From the NCBI GenBank assembly GCA_016180065.1, contig JACPBY010000001.1, positions 30,633 to 94,632 on the forward strand: a DNA stretch of 64,000 nt. Reading direction: 5' to 3'. The position numbers and the translations under genes are program-made. Positions 37,029-46,974 of this stretch are shown one piece after another (the first letter of the stretch is position 1; every line of letters starts with the position of its first letter). Source of the stretch: Candidatus Woesearchaeota archaeon. GTDB taxonomy: Archaea > Nanobdellota > Nanobdellia > Woesearchaeales > UBA10216. The notes beneath the pieces are model-generated. The model was not told the DNA's origin and did not search any database. It saw only the letters and a list, made by a program, of their open reading frames with translations.

Positions 37029-37448
37029 CTAAACCATTCGCGATATCAAATCGCTTATCTTTTCTCCCCTGTTGCCAAGGGCACCAGACCTTGTAAACGA
37101 AGCCTTAATGCCTCTCTTTCCAAGCCCGCCCCTTGCAGGGCAAAGCCTGAAACAGGCAAGGCAGCTTTTTCCGTCAACCTTTATCAGCCTTCCTTTTCCA
37201 CCAGAGCCTGCCGCAGGCGTGCCGCGTTTCTCAACGAGCATCTTAAGCGCATCATTGCTGATTGCGCCCCAGGTTACATAATCCTTAACTTTCCTCAGCA
37301 TTCCAAGCGCCACAGGCCCTTCCTCAATTATGATGCAGTGGTTTATTTGCTTAAGGTTGAGCAGGTCAAGCGTTAATGCCACATCCTTCCTGATGCCAGT
37401 AGTTCCGCGAAGCCGTATGACTGCCAGATTTTTTCCCATGCTTATCAC
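37029..37448 (-). CDS. rpl30: 50S ribosomal protein L30
   Basis: AVIRLRG, GMLRKVKDYVTWG, LGNRGEKI. Confidence 0.95.
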   Translation of the reverse strand: MISMGKNLAVIRLRGTTGIRKDVALTLDLLNLKQINHCIIIEEGPVALGMLRKVKDYVTWGAISNDALKMLVEKRGTPAAGSGGKGRLIKVDGKSCLACFRLCPARGGLGKRGIKASFTRSGALGNRGEKISDLISRMV

Positions 37449-38239
37449 TGCTCCAAAACAGATCCTTCGACAACACCAAGATTCTCAGCCTGGTCATGCA
37501 TAACTTTTGTTTCGCCCAATTTCTTCAGGGCATCAAAGCATGCAGCTACAAGGTTGATGGTTGTCCGGGTTTGCCCAGTCGTCATGCTCCACACGTCTTT
37601 TATCCCTGCGAGGGCAAGCAGCTTTCTGCATTCTTCAGCCACCCTCAGGCCAGCGCCCTTTGGAGCAGGCATAAGCTCTATGACTGCAGAGCCGCACTTG
37701 CCAACGACTTTGAACGGAATCGTATGCGGGGTTTTGCAGCCACACTGCCAGCTGCCACATCCCCTCCTGACCTTGATTATGCTAAGCTTGGCATTCCTGA
37801 GAGCCTTCTCCCTGGAAAGGAGGGTTTCTTTTGATTTTCCATACCCCAAGCCAACATAGCCATTCCTGTTGCCGACAGCAGTCATCGTCCCAAAGCTGGG
37901 CTTGTTGCCTTCAGCAGTCTTTTTCTGAGTCTGCCTGAACGCCCTCCTCTGGCCGCCGCCGAATTTGCCTTTTGACTGCCCAATCATAAGCATCTCACTG
38001 CTTAACTCTGGAAGCAGCATGTCAACTATTTCAGGCTCAAGCAGCCTCTGGCCCGAGTCAAGCACTTGGTCAATGCCAGCTAATTCACCGTTCTTTGCCT
38101 TCCTGCCCAACTCAGTTCTGGGCTTCCAGGAATCCAAACGCTGCCTGCCTGCATCAGCAGAAAGGACAGCTTTCTTTTCTTTTGCAACCACAGCCAAGGC
38201 ATCCACTACAGGAGCCTCTGGCACATCAGCTATTACCAT
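37445..38239 (-). CDS. rps5: 30S ribosomal protein S5
   Basis: WKPRTELG, VGN.NGYVG.G, RGCGSW.C, PAP.G.GL. Confidence 0.96.
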   Translation of the reverse strand: MVIADVPEAPVVDALAVVAKEKKAVLSADAGRQRLDSWKPRTELGRKAKNGELAGIDQVLDSGQRLLEPEIVDMLLPELSSEMLMIGQSKGKFGGGQRRAFRQTQKKTAEGNKPSFGTMTAVGNRNGYVGLGYGKSKETLLSREKALRNAKLSIIKVRRGCGSWQCGCKTPHTIPFKVVGKCGSAVIELMPAPKGAGLRVAEECRKLLALAGIKDVWSMTTGQTRTTINLVAACFDALKKLGETKVMHDQAENLGVVEGSVLEQ

Positions 38240-38852
38240 GCAAACCGCCCTCTCCCAACCTGACTTCCTTTGGTGTTTTCCATTTTCCTGCAACAATCGC
38301 GGATTTCACCTTTTCAAACTCTCCCGGAATCCTGAGCGCAACATCCAGGCCTACCCTGGCAAACTGCGCATGATTGGCAACTGCAGCCTGTTTCGCAACT
38401 TTCGCAAAATTGGCTATGTGCGCTCCACTAATTGCATCTTTCGCAGGAACAACGTCATCAGACAATGGCACATCAACGCCTGCATCTTTAACACCCTTAA
38501 TCGCTGCAAAAATCTTCCCTCCTTTGCTTATCGTTTGAATGCCTACGTCAGCCACAGCATGATTGATGTTCGCTGCCAGGGCAAGCTTTCCAAACAGCAA
38601 GCCTGAAAGGTAAGCAGCAGGGATATTTTTGCAGCCATTAGTCCAGCCAATCCTTCGCAACACTTTAGACGTCAAAGTGAGCTTTACAATATCTCCTGCA
38701 AGGGCAAACTCAACCACCTGAAAGATTATGCTGGTAAGGGTTTTCCTTACAACCAGCCTTGGGATTCCTGATTTAAGCAGGGCAAGCCTTTTCCTGTAAC
38801 TGGTCCTGCCTGAAAGTTTCCTTGCGAACTGGACTGCAATAGTGCTTTTCAT
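38226..38852 (-). CDS. rpl18: 50S ribosomal protein L18
   Basis: T.YRKRL.LLKS..PRLVVRKT, N.PAAYL.G. Confidence 0.95.
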   Translation of the reverse strand: MKSTIAVQFARKLSGRTSYRKRLALLKSGIPRLVVRKTLTSIIFQVVEFALAGDIVKLTLTSKVLRRIGWTNGCKNIPAAYLSGLLFGKLALAANINHAVADVGIQTISKGGKIFAAIKGVKDAGVDVPLSDDVVPAKDAISGAHIANFAKVAKQAAVANHAQFARVGLDVALRIPGEFEKVKSAIVAGKWKTPKEVRLGEGGLHGNS

Positions 38853-39295
38853 TTGAGCATGCCCCTCTCAGTTATGTACAACTCCAAATGCCTTTTGCTT
38901 CTGAAAAAGCCTCCCTTGGCTTTTCTGTAAAGCTCAGCAAAATCGTGAGCCGCAAGCTTGTCCTGCGCTTTCAGGCCCTTAAGGTATAGCCTCTGCAGCC
39001 TAACCTTGCTGACCCACACACTTTTCCTATCTGTCCTGGAGCCAGCCTTTCCCTTCTTGCTTCCAGCTCCCTTCCTCCTGTTTTTCCTCTTTTGGGAAGC
39101 ATTGATGTGAGCTCTGGACCTTGACACACCCCTCGTTGGGAGCATGATTATAAGCCCCTGGCTTATCAGAGCCCTCAGGTCTGCTTTCGTAATAGCTTCC
39201 TTAATCTCCCCAAGGTGCTCAACATCAAACACCACCCTTTTGGGTGAGCATCCCAGCACTTTAGCAGCAAGCTTTTTTTGAACGCCAAGCATCAT
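38849..39295 (-). CDS. rpl19e: 50S ribosomal protein L19e
   Basis: QKKLAA, EAITKADLR, LYRKAKGGFF. Confidence 0.96.
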   Translation of the reverse strand: MMLGVQKKLAAKVLGCSPKRVVFDVEHLGEIKEAITKADLRALISQGLIIMLPTRGVSRSRAHINASQKRKNRRKGAGSKKGKAGSRTDRKSVWVSKVRLQRLYLKGLKAQDKLAAHDFAELYRKAKGGFFRSKRHLELYITERGMLK

Positions 39296-39300
39296 TTCAT

Positions 39301-39924
39301 TTACCTCGGTTTGGTAAGTACCCTGTCCATTTCAGCCTTTTCCGCCTTTTTCCGGGTATCATCCAGCTTTTCTTCAATATCTGCAGCGGCCGGTGCGGGC
39401 TGCTGAGGCTTCAGGGCAGTGGGCTTGCTTTCCTTCACTTCCTTCTTTGACTCACCCCTGACCTTCCTCTTCTGCAAAATTCCCTGCCTTCGCTTCCTTC
39501 TCGTGATGACAAGCTCATCAAAGTTTTTGTTAAACAGGCCTGCGTCAAGGTTCAACAGCCTTAAGCCCCTGCCAGCCGCAGCCTTGACAAGCTCAGATTT
39601 CTTCCTGATGCCCAATGCAGCTGAAACAACAACCCCCTGTCCTTCCCTGACATTGCCAAGGCCAGCAATATTTTTTATGACAACCGGAAACAAGCCATCG
39701 GCAGTTGCCCCCCTGACCATTACCGGTGAGCCGTAACCTGGCTCAACACCTGCAGGGTTGCCTCGCTTTCCCAGCTTCATCTTTGCGTGGATGCCTTTAG
39801 GCCTTTTCCACCTTCCAGCAAACCTCTTTACAGGGTCGTTTGACTTCTGGACCTTGAAGCTGGGCTTTTTATCCTTAACAGCCTTCCTCACCTTCAGCAG
39901 TTCAGACAATTTTCCAGCATTCAT
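39301..39924 (-). CDS. rpl32e: 50S ribosomal protein L32e with C-terminal extension
   Basis: KP.F, WKRPKG.H.KM, GYGSP..VRG. Confidence 0.94.
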   Translation of the reverse strand: MNAGKLSELLKVRKAVKDKKPSFKVQKSNDPVKRFAGRWKRPKGIHAKMKLGKRGNPAGVEPGYGSPVMVRGATADGLFPVVIKNIAGLGNVREGQGVVVSAALGIRKKSELVKAAAGRGLRLLNLDAGLFNKNFDELVITRRKRRQGILQKRKVRGESKKEVKESKPTALKPQQPAPAAADIEEKLDDTRKKAEKAEMDRVLTKPR

Positions 39925-40511
39925 GCTTTTGCCACTTCCTTGCCGTTCCTTATTGTTATGTAAATTCCATCACCAAAAACCCTTGTATCATAACAGGTTC
40001 TTCTTGTCATCTGCTCCATCAAAGCTGCGGTTTTGCCAGCAGCTTCCTTATCTGCAGACTCAACAACAAGATCGCTCCCCTCAACCTTCACGTTCACGCC
40101 AGCCGGAACTGTAAGCTTCCTCGGGACTTTTTCACCAAGGAAGTTCTTAACAACCAGCTGGTCTCCAGTGACTGTCACGGTTATCGGAAAGTGCGTAAAA
40201 CAGGCCTTAAGCCTGTAAAGGTGGCCTTCGGTAACGCCTTTTACCATGTTGAGCGTGTGAGCCATAAGGCTCCCCAATACCTTTTTCTCCTTCTTCGTTC
40301 TTCTGCCTGAAAAGATGCTGACAGCATTGCCTTCCAGGCCAACTGAAACGTTTGGCTGTTCAAGCTTCTTTGAGACCGTGCCTTTTGGCCCTTTCAACGT
40401 TAAAACCCCGCCTGTGAGCGAAGCTACTATGCTTTCAGGAAGTGATACGACTTCTCTCATGCCGTTTTCCCCATTCCTCTTCCGTGCAGATTTTGTTGCC
40501 ATTTCAACCAC
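39921..40511 (-). CDS. rpl6: 50S ribosomal protein L6
   Basis: KGPKG, HFPI.V, NFLGEK.PR, D.RVF.DGIYI. Confidence 0.96.
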   Translation of the reverse strand: MVEMATKSARKRNGENGMREVVSLPESIVASLTGGVLTLKGPKGTVSKKLEQPNVSVGLEGNAVSIFSGRRTKKEKKVLGSLMAHTLNMVKGVTEGHLYRLKACFTHFPITVTVTGDQLVVKNFLGEKVPRKLTVPAGVNVKVEGSDLVVESADKEAAGKTAALMEQMTRRTCYDTRVFGDGIYITIRNGKEVAKA

Positions 40512-40514
40512 GAT

Positions 40515-40904
40515 TTAATAGCAGTAAGCCAGCAGCTTCCCGCCAATGCCGAGTGCCTTGGCATCAGTATGTGTCATGACGCCCTTTGGCGTGCTGATGA
40601 TCAGTATGCCAAAATCCTTTGCAGGAAGGTAGCGCCTTTCAAATTTTTCATATGTCCCCATCTTTACCGAGAATCTGGGCTTTATGGCTCCGCACTTGTT
40701 AATTGCGCCTATGAGGCTGATTTCAACCACACCTCCCCTGCCATCCTCCACTACCTTGCAGCTGCCTATGTACAGCTTAGAGTTCATTATCTCAAGGACG
40801 CCTGCCAGCAGCTTTGATGAAGGCTTCACTGAGCACTGCCTTCTGCCCTTCTGCTCGGCATTATTCATGACTGACATCACGTTGGATAACGGGTCGTTAA
40901 GCAT
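40515..40904 (-). CDS. rps8: 30S ribosomal protein S8
   Basis: DPL.N, INKCGAIKPRF, ISTPKGVMTH, GGKLLAY.Y. Confidence 0.97.
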   Translation of the reverse strand: MLNDPLSNVMSVMNNAEQKGRRQCSVKPSSKLLAGVLEIMNSKLYIGSCKVVEDGRGGVVEISLIGAINKCGAIKPRFSVKMGTYEKFERRYLPAKDFGILIISTPKGVMTHTDAKALGIGGKLLAYCY

Positions 40905-40938
40905 TTTTCATCACACATCCATCCACAAGTTACATTTG

Positions 40939-41169
40939 TCAACTGTATTTTTTAAAGCCAATGCTTGGCGCAATCTCCCTGAAACATTTCCTGCAAAGCT
41001 TGAGGCCGTACTTCTCTATGAAACCGCGGGTATTGCCGCAGCGAAGGCACTGCTTTATGCCTTTCCCGAACTTCCTGTCCTTCGGCTTATTGAACTTAAG
41101 GTACCTCTGCAAAATAGCCGGCTTAGCCCTAAGCTGGGTGAACATCTTCTTGTAGCTGCCTACAGTCAT
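40939..41169 (-). CDS. rps14: 30S ribosomal protein S14 (zinc-binding, N-terminally extended)
   Basis: CLRC...[19 protein letters not shown]. Confidence 0.95.
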   Translation of the reverse strand: MTVGSYKKMFTQLRAKPAILQRYLKFNKPKDRKFGKGIKQCLRCGNTRGFIEKYGLKLCRKCFREIAPSIGFKKYS

Positions 41170-41723
41170 TCCGCAATCACCTCAGCACCGAACTTTTCCT
41201 TCACAAAACTGACGGCATCTTCCTTTGTTATGCGGTGCCTTGCCGGCACTTTTCTTTTCATAATTTTTCTCTTCTTAATCCTGAAGCCCGGCCTTTCCAA
41301 AGTGACGCAGACTTCAAGCCCCATTATGCCTATTTCAGGGCTGTAATTGACACCCGGAATGTCTATGTATTCCGGAATGCCGAATGATACGTTGCCTTCA
41401 TTGTCAAACTGGCCCATGCTTAGCTTGTTGCCCCTGGCCTGGAGGAGCCTTTTCAACAGCTCAATCGCATTTTCCTTTCTCAGCGTGACCTTACAGCCAA
41501 TTGGCAGGCCTGGCCTCAAGCCCCAGGACGGTATGCGCTTGTTCGTGAAGGTTTTAACCGGAACCTTCTTGGTTATTGAGCCAAGAAGCTTCAGCCCTTT
41601 CTCAAGTTTCTCCGTACTTTTTCCTGCCCCTATGTTCAGGGTCAGCTTCGCAACCTTCATCTGGCGCATAGCAATGCCGGAATGATTCTTTCCCGTGCCG
41701 TTAGCGGCAGATACCGAAGTCAT
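41166..41723 (-). CDS. rpl5: 50S ribosomal protein L5
   Basis: [24 protein letters not shown]. Confidence 0.96.
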   Translation of the reverse strand: MTSVSAANGTGKNHSGIAMRQMKVAKLTLNIGAGKSTEKLEKGLKLLGSITKKVPVKTFTNKRIPSWGLRPGLPIGCKVTLRKENAIELLKRLLQARGNKLSMGQFDNEGNVSFGIPEYIDIPGVNYSPEIGIMGLEVCVTLERPGFRIKKRKIMKRKVPARHRITKEDAVSFVKEKFGAEVIAE

Positions 41724-41743
41724 CTTGTCCCACCATTTGATTC

Positions 41744-42436
41744 TTATTGTGCTGTGCTTACGCTTATCACCGGCTTATCAGTTCCTACCACAAAGACAAA
41801 CCTTTTGGCAGCCTCAACAGTTCTTTCGCCAATCTTAACAACAGCCTTGTCGCCACTTATGTGTTCAACCACGCCAGACAAGCCAACATTGCTCCCGCCC
41901 GTAAGGTAGGCGAAGCAGCCGCTTTCCAGCTTCAAGTGAGATGCAATTTTGCTTCCAGGAAGCTCGAGCACGACAGTATCCCCTGTTTTATGCGCATTTG
42001 TGCCCAAACAAGCCCTTCCGTCATACAAGGAGAGCTGCACTATGCCTTTTTTAACCAGCCTTTTGCCAACGACCTTGCATGGCTTCAGAAGCGCTTCCCG
42101 GCCAGTTACGGGCACAGGCCTCAGCATGCTGTTGCTGTCAAGCAGCAGCCTGTAAGCCTTTCCAATGCTTTTTATCGACACAACATCCATCAGGCCTACC
42201 ATAAGCTTTTCATCCTTGCGCCTTTCGCTGTTCACGAGCACTTCATTGGTGGAAAGCACGCGCTTGCCTTCTTTTCTCGTCTCAACAAGCCGAAGCACAT
42301 CCTTCAAAAGAGTTATGAGTGACATTCCCATTCCCTTCCTGAATGAGCCTTTCGGCTTTGCCACGAACCTGCCTGCTTTCCTTTCAAGAGGCCATGTTGC
42401 AGGAGATGCCAAACGCTTCAAGTGTTTCTTAGCCAT
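41744..42436 (-). CDS. rps4e: 30S ribosomal protein S4e
   Basis: HLKRLA.P..W..ERK, VGLMDV, TGG.N.G. Confidence 0.95.
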   Translation of the reverse strand: MAKKHLKRLASPATWPLERKAGRFVAKPKGSFRKGMGMSLITLLKDVLRLVETRKEGKRVLSTNEVLVNSERRKDEKLMVGLMDVVSIKSIGKAYRLLLDSNSMLRPVPVTGREALLKPCKVVGKRLVKKGIVQLSLYDGRACLGTNAHKTGDTVVLELPGSKIASHLKLESGCFAYLTGGSNVGLSGVVEHISGDKAVVKIGERTVEAAKRFVFVVGTDKPVISVSTAQ

Positions 42437-42449
42437 GTAACCATCCCTT

Positions 42450-42890
42450 TCAAGCTTTTGATTTCTTCTCCGGGTTCTTACCCTGCACCACGGGCTGCTG
42501 TGGTTGGGTTGTTGATTTCCTCATCAAAGCGGAAGCCCTCCGCTTGTCTTCGACATTCAGCTCAGTGACCAAAAGGTTTGAGGGGCTAAGCGGGAAAAAC
42601 GATTTTGTCCCATCCTTCCTTACCCTTTCAGCTCCATCAACATACGCTGTGCATAGCTTCAGATTGATGTTGTTGACTTTCCCAACTACGCTTCTAAACT
42701 CACCTTTCATAACCCTGACCGTATCCCCTGCCCTCAAAGGAAGCCTTTTAGCGCTGTATTTCCTCGCGAGCTCACCTGAGAGCTGCGCGGTAAGGAACGC
42801 CCTTCGCAAGTGCAATGGCGCGTTTAGCCTGTACTTCCTCTGCTTTGAAGGCTTTTTGCTCGATTTCCACACCAATGAAAACAGTTTCAT
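42450..42890 (-). CDS. rpl24: 50S ribosomal protein L24
   Basis: S.KP.KQRK...APLH, GD.V.VM.G.F, PSN. Confidence 0.96.
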   Translation of the reverse strand: MKLFSLVWKSSKKPSKQRKYRLNAPLHLRRAFLTAQLSGELARKYSAKRLPLRAGDTVRVMKGEFRSVVGKVNNINLKLCTAYVDGAERVRKDGTKSFFPLSPSNLLVTELNVEDKRRASALMRKSTTQPQQPVVQGKNPEKKSKA

Positions 42891-42908
42891 GAAGCACCAC
42901 TTATCCCG

Positions 42909-43310
42909 TTAAACTATGATTGTTGCAAGCTTAGCCACCATTGGCCACCGCTCAGCAATCTCTCTCGGAACAGCGCCTTTGATCATCGTACCCTTCGGGC
43001 TGCCCTTGTCATCCTTCAGCACCACAGCAGCATTGTCCTCAAACTTGATTCTCTCACCTGACGGCCTTCTGAACTCCTTGCGCTGCCTGACAAGCACGGC
43101 AAAGACCACCTGCTTCCTCATTTCAGGAGCGCCCTTGCGCACAGAAGCCATCAGCAAGTCGCCAATGCCGCAGGATGGAGTTCGGCCGGCAACAGTCTTC
43201 TTGCCCATGACAGTCATCACCCTAAGCAGCTTGGCGCCGGAGTTATCGCAGGTTTCCACATAACTGCCATGGTTCAGCGCCTTTGTTATCTTTGACTTTA
43301 CCGGTTGCAT
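42909..43310 (-). CDS. rpl14: 50S ribosomal protein L14
   Basis: CDNSGAK, FEDNAAV, PKGT.IKG. Confidence 0.97.
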   Translation of the reverse strand: MQPVKSKITKALNHGSYVETCDNSGAKLLRVMTVMGKKTVAGRTPSCGIGDLLMASVRKGAPEMRKQVVFAVLVRQRKEFRRPSGERIKFEDNAAVVLKDDKGSPKGTMIKGAVPREIAERWPMVAKLATIIV

Positions 43311-43332
43311 GATTTAACACCCATGAATTTGA

Positions 43333-43641
43333 CTAAAGCTTCCTGACAATAACGAAGTGCTTGGTCTTGCTTAACGGCCTGCACTCAACAATTTCCACAC
43401 CGTCCCCTTCCTTTGCAGAAATGCATTCAGGATTGTGGGCTTTGATTCCGGATTTCCTCCTCTCATGCCGCTCGTATTTCGCTATAAACACCCTTCGCTC
43501 AATTTCTATGCTGGCAGTCCTTCTCATCCTTGCAGAGGAAACCCTGCCAACCATGTGCCTGCCGTGAAGCCTGAGCTTTCCGTGATGCGGGCAGTTGCCG
43601 TCATTGCACTTTCCAGATTCCTTTTTTGTTTCCATTTTCAA
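43333..43641 (-). CDS. rps17: 30S ribosomal protein S17
   Basis: CPHHG.L, KYER, ECRPLSKTK.F. Confidence 0.96.
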   Translation of the reverse strand: MKMETKKESGKCNDGNCPHHGKLRLHGRHMVGRVSSARMRRTASIEIERRVFIAKYERHERRKSGIKAHNPECISAKEGDGVEIVECRPLSKTKHFVIVRKL

Positions 43642-43946
43642 TGAACCTCTATGGTTTCAGGAGCAAAACCCAGCCTCACAAGCAAAGCCTTGGCTTTATG
43701 CCTGTGGTCGCCCTGCAGCTCTATCCTGCCGGCTTTGACCGTGCCTCCACACGCGAACTCTGACTTAAGCTCCTTTGCAATTTCCTTGATGTCAATTGTC
43801 TTTTCCTCCAACCCCTCAACTATCGTGCTGATTTTGTCAAACTTTTTCTTAACAGAGTAAACCTTTATGCGCTGGCTTTCTTTTGCGATAGTCTCGCAAA
43901 CGCATATCGGCTTTGGCAGTCCGCACTTCGGGCAGGTCTCACTCAT
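43638..43946 (-). CDS. Translation initiation factor SUI1/aIF1
   Basis: CPKCGLP...CVC, LKS..ACGGT, IELQGDH. Confidence 0.95.
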   Translation of the reverse strand: MSETCPKCGLPKPICVCETIAKESQRIKVYSVKKKFDKISTIVEGLEEKTIDIKEIAKELKSEFACGGTVKAGRIELQGDHRHKAKALLVRLGFAPETIEVH

Positions 43947-44182
43947 GCTTTTACCTTCATCCTCCTCTCGTTTAACAGCGTAAGTATCCTTGCTATTGAC
44001 CTTTTAACCTTGCGGATAATTCCCGGGCTCTTGGGTACAGTGCCCATGGCAACCTGGGCCTGGTATTTCATCAGCTCTTTCTTGAGCTCAGAAGCCCTTG
44101 ACCTTAATGCATTGTCGTCCAATGCCCTCAGTTCCTTAACTGCTTTCATCCCGCTCACCATTGACTTCCTTGCTTTTCCCAT
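43943..44182 (-). CDS. rpl29: 50S ribosomal protein L29 (start uncertain)
   Basis: KELR..., LKKELM, IR..KR.IARILT. Confidence 0.93.
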   Translation of the reverse strand: MGKARKSMVSGMKAVKELRALDDNALRSRASELKKELMKYQAQVAMGTVPKSPGIIRKVKRSIARILTLLNERRMKVKA

Positions 44183-45077
44183 CTCCTTCTGAAACAGTTG
44201 GACCTGCCAAGCTTACAGCTGCTGCCGCGGGCTTCTTCTCTTCATCTTTGGCTGCGGTTTTTTTCCTTGCTGTTTTTTTCTTCTTAACCACAGCTTTGGC
44301 TGCGTTATCACCAGCTTCCTCATGAACTGAAGGCGCAACTTCCTGCACAATGTTTTCAGCAATAGCTTCGGCAGCTGGAGCCTGCCCTTCCCGGGCAAGC
44401 TCATCGGCCGCTGCCGATGTTGCCTGTGCTTCCTGAGCCGGGATGTCAGCAACTACAGCCGTGGCTGCTGCCGCGGGCGTTGAGTCCGCAAACTTTACCT
44501 CATCAGGCATGGCGATGCCCGGAGGCATTACCCTGACCTGAATGCCAATAACGCCAGCCTTAAGCTTGGCGGCAGCTATTGTCTTGTCTACGTAAGTCAT
44601 GGCAGCATCGCCGCACTTTCTAAGGTAACCGCCGGCTACCCTCCATCTCTTGGCTCTGGAACTTGGAAGCTTGCCTGAAAGCCTTATTTCAACGCCAACT
44701 GCCCCCGCTGCCAGCACATCTTCCGCAGCCTTATGCATTATTGCCTTAAAGCGGTTCACTCCAAACCTCTCAAAATCAGAAGCTATCCTGTCTGCAACAA
44801 TCCTGGAATCAAGCCTCGGATTCGGGACTTCAGCAATTTCCACCTGCGGATTCTCAAGGCTGAACCTCTTCTTCAAAGCCTCTGTAAGCTTGGCAATTGT
44901 CTGGCCTTTCCTTCCAACAATAAGGCCGGGCCTCGAAGAGTAGATAACGACCTTGTCGCCGAGAGGCGTTCTCTGCAGCTTTGTCCGGCTAAGGCCTGCG
45001 TTTTTCAGTGTTTCAGCCACAAATTCCTCTATCTGAAACTCCTTCTTCCTCTGCTCAACGAACTCACGCTCAATCAT
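44136..45077 (-). CDS. rps3: 30S ribosomal protein S3 with Ala/Lys-rich tail
   Basis: RPGLIVGRKG, GVEI.LSGK, G.IGI.V. Confidence 0.96.
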   Translation of the reverse strand: MIEREFVEQRKKEFQIEEFVAETLKNAGLSRTKLQRTPLGDKVVIYSSRPGLIVGRKGQTIAKLTEALKKRFSLENPQVEIAEVPNPRLDSRIVADRIASDFERFGVNRFKAIMHKAAEDVLAAGAVGVEIRLSGKLPSSRAKRWRVAGGYLRKCGDAAMTYVDKTIAAAKLKAGVIGIQVRVMPPGIAMPDEVKFADSTPAAAATAVVADIPAQEAQATSAAADELAREGQAPAAEAIAENIVQEVAPSVHEEAGDNAAKAVVKKKKTARKKTAAKDEEKKPAAAAVSLAGPTVSEGDGKSKEVNGERDESS

Positions 45078-45562
45078 TTTTGCCCTGCCTTGTTTTCAGA
45101 TTTGGTTGCTGCAGCCTTGCCAGCGCCTGCCTCTAATTCCGAGACAACAACTTCAACATGGGCAAGCTTCCTTCTCCTTCCAAGATGCCTGCCAAAATGC
45201 CAGGAAGCCGGCCCCTGCTTCGCAACTATGCTGTGCAAGACCAGCTTTTGGGCATCAAGGCCCTTGTTTCTCGCATTTGCCGCGGCCTGCTTCAGCAGCT
45301 TAACAACCTCAAAACACACATTCATTGGATACTTGCCAGGCCCTACTTTTCCCGGCTTATGGCCTGTGCCGCCTTTCCCATACCTTCTGAAGGGAACTGC
45401 AATTTTGCCGTTCTGGACGCTCTCAAGGAGCTTTATGGCCTTGGAAAGCTCCCTTCCCCGGATGAAGCTGCATACTTCTACAGCTTTCTTCATCGAAACA
45501 GGGAGGGCAATGCCAACTGCCCTGGCCATGCTTTTTCCATCATAAGCTGTCGCGTATTTCAT
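45074..45562 (-). CDS. rpl22: 50S ribosomal protein L22
   Basis: VS.K..VEVC..IRG, VPFRRY, GKYP, HVEVV. Confidence 0.95.
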   Translation of the reverse strand: MKYATAYDGKSMARAVGIALPVSMKKAVEVCSFIRGRELSKAIKLLESVQNGKIAVPFRRYGKGGTGHKPGKVGPGKYPMNVCFEVVKLLKQAAANARNKGLDAQKLVLHSIVAKQGPASWHFGRHLGRRRKLAHVEVVVSELEAGAGKAAATKSENKAGQK

Positions 45563-45578
45563 CTTGCCAACATCAGGT

Positions 45579-45959
45579 TTACTTAACTGACAAAGCAGCG
45601 CTTGACTTTGTCGCCCCAATGCCCGGAGCGCTGTGGGCTACTTTCTTTCTCGTGAGCACAAACTCGCCAAGGTAGTGCCCCAGCATCTCCGTGATTATTG
45701 TTACAGGCACAAACGAGTTGCCGCTGTAAACCTTCACAGTCCTGCCGACCATTTCGGGAATTATTATCATGTCTCTCCTATGGGTCTCAGGATTTTTGTC
45801 TGTCTTTATGTCTTCAAGCAGCTTCTTGTTTTGCTCGCTGAAGCCCCTGAGCAGCGCCCTCCTCTGCCTTGCAGGCAGGAGCTGTGCAAACTCTTTCAGG
45901 CTCAAGCGCTTAAGTTCCTCAATGCTTTTTCCGCGGTAAATGAATTCCTTCCTTGCCAT
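45579..45959 (-). CDS. rps19: 30S ribosomal protein S19
   Basis: YRGK, TH.RDM.I.PEMVG, GHYLGEF, GATKSS. Confidence 0.97.
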   Translation of the reverse strand: MARKEFIYRGKSIEELKRLSLKEFAQLLPARQRRALLRGFSEQNKKLLEDIKTDKNPETHRRDMIIIPEMVGRTVKVYSGNSFVPVTIITEMLGHYLGEFVLTRKKVAHSAPGIGATKSSAALSVK

Positions 45960-45977
45960 TTCACGCCACCAAAAACT

Positions 45978-46706
45978 TTACAGTTTTGTCCTTCCAGTTC
46001 TCCTTGGCCTCAGGTGACCAACCTTTGCCCCTGCAGAAGCAAACCTTTTTGCAATTGTAGGCTTGTTCTTCTTCGAACTCCTTGAGCCCCCATGGGGATG
46101 AGCGACAGCGTTCATAGCCTGACCGGTAACATGAGGCCAGAACTTGTTCCTCGCCCTCTTCTTGAACCTGTTATTGCCTGCCTTCAGAAGCGGCTTCTCA
46201 GTCCTTCCGGCCCCGGCAACCATGCCGATAGTTGCCCTGCACCACGGGCTGAATGCCCGCTGCTTCTTTGAAGGCAGCTGAACAACAATTTCAGCATTAG
46301 TTTTTGATATTACCTTCGCAGCAACGCCGGATGTCCTTACAAACTTGCCGCCATCACCCGGAGCGCTTTCTATGTTGCAAACAAGCGTGCCTTCAGGCAC
46401 CTGCAGCAAAGGCAGCACGTTGCCGCTGGCGACATCGGCAGCAAAACCCGCCTCAAGTTCATCACCGACCTTAACGCCTTCAGTAGCAATAAGCAAAGCT
46501 TCGGTGTTGTCGTAGTAGCGGACCCTGACAATAGGGGAATAATGGCCTGAGCTGTGCTCTATTGCCACAACCATGCAGCCAACCTTCGCATTTCTTTCAA
46601 CATCAGTATAATTTTGGTAACCCACTTCCCCAATGTACCTGAAGCTCGGGGCCGTGAATGCAAGCGTGCCCTTCCCCCTTCTCTGCTGAATCAGGTTTTT
46701 TCCCAT
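45978..46706 (-). CDS. rpl2: 50S ribosomal protein L2
   Basis: MGK.LIQQRRGKG, PGDGGK, AMNAV.HP.GG. Confidence 0.97.
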   Translation of the reverse strand: MGKNLIQQRRGKGTLAFTAPSFRYIGEVGYQNYTDVERNAKVGCMVVAIEHSSGHYSPIVRVRYYDNTEALLIATEGVKVGDELEAGFAADVASGNVLPLLQVPEGTLVCNIESAPGDGGKFVRTSGVAAKVISKTNAEIVVQLPSKKQRAFSPWCRATIGMVAGAGRTEKPLLKAGNNRFKKRARNKFWPHVTGQAMNAVAHPHGGSRSSKKNKPTIAKRFASAGAKVGHLRPRRTGRTKL

Positions 46707-46707
46707 C

Positions 46708-46965
46708 TCACATCATTCCTAATTGAGTTGCAACATCTATGGCCGGGTTGTCTTTGCCGAGCTTTACAAAAGCCCTTTTTTTGCCGCCAAATATCAACGT
46801 GTTGACAGCAACGACCTTAACCTTAAACAAGGACTCAACAGCCTTCTTAACATCAGCCTTGCTTGCTTTCTTGTCAACCACAAAGAGCAGCCGGTTCTCC
46901 GCCTCCATAAGCCTCAATGTCTTTTCTGTGCTTACAGGGTACTTGAGCACTGTCTGAGCGTCCAT
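46708..46965 (-). CDS. rpl23: 50S ribosomal protein L23
   Basis: P..TEK, LF.VKV..VNT, K.A.VKL. Confidence 0.96.
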   Translation of the reverse strand: MDAQTVLKYPVSTEKTLRLMEAENRLLFVVDKKASKADVKKAVESLFKVKVVAVNTLIFGGKKRAFVKLGKDNPAIDVATQLGMM

Positions 46966-46974
46966 TTTCAGCCT

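Noticed and set aside
44136..44480. Ala/Lys-rich tails on S3, L32e and L24 as frameshifts or fusions
   Set aside because: Frames are intact; these are low-complexity extensions with no domain signature.
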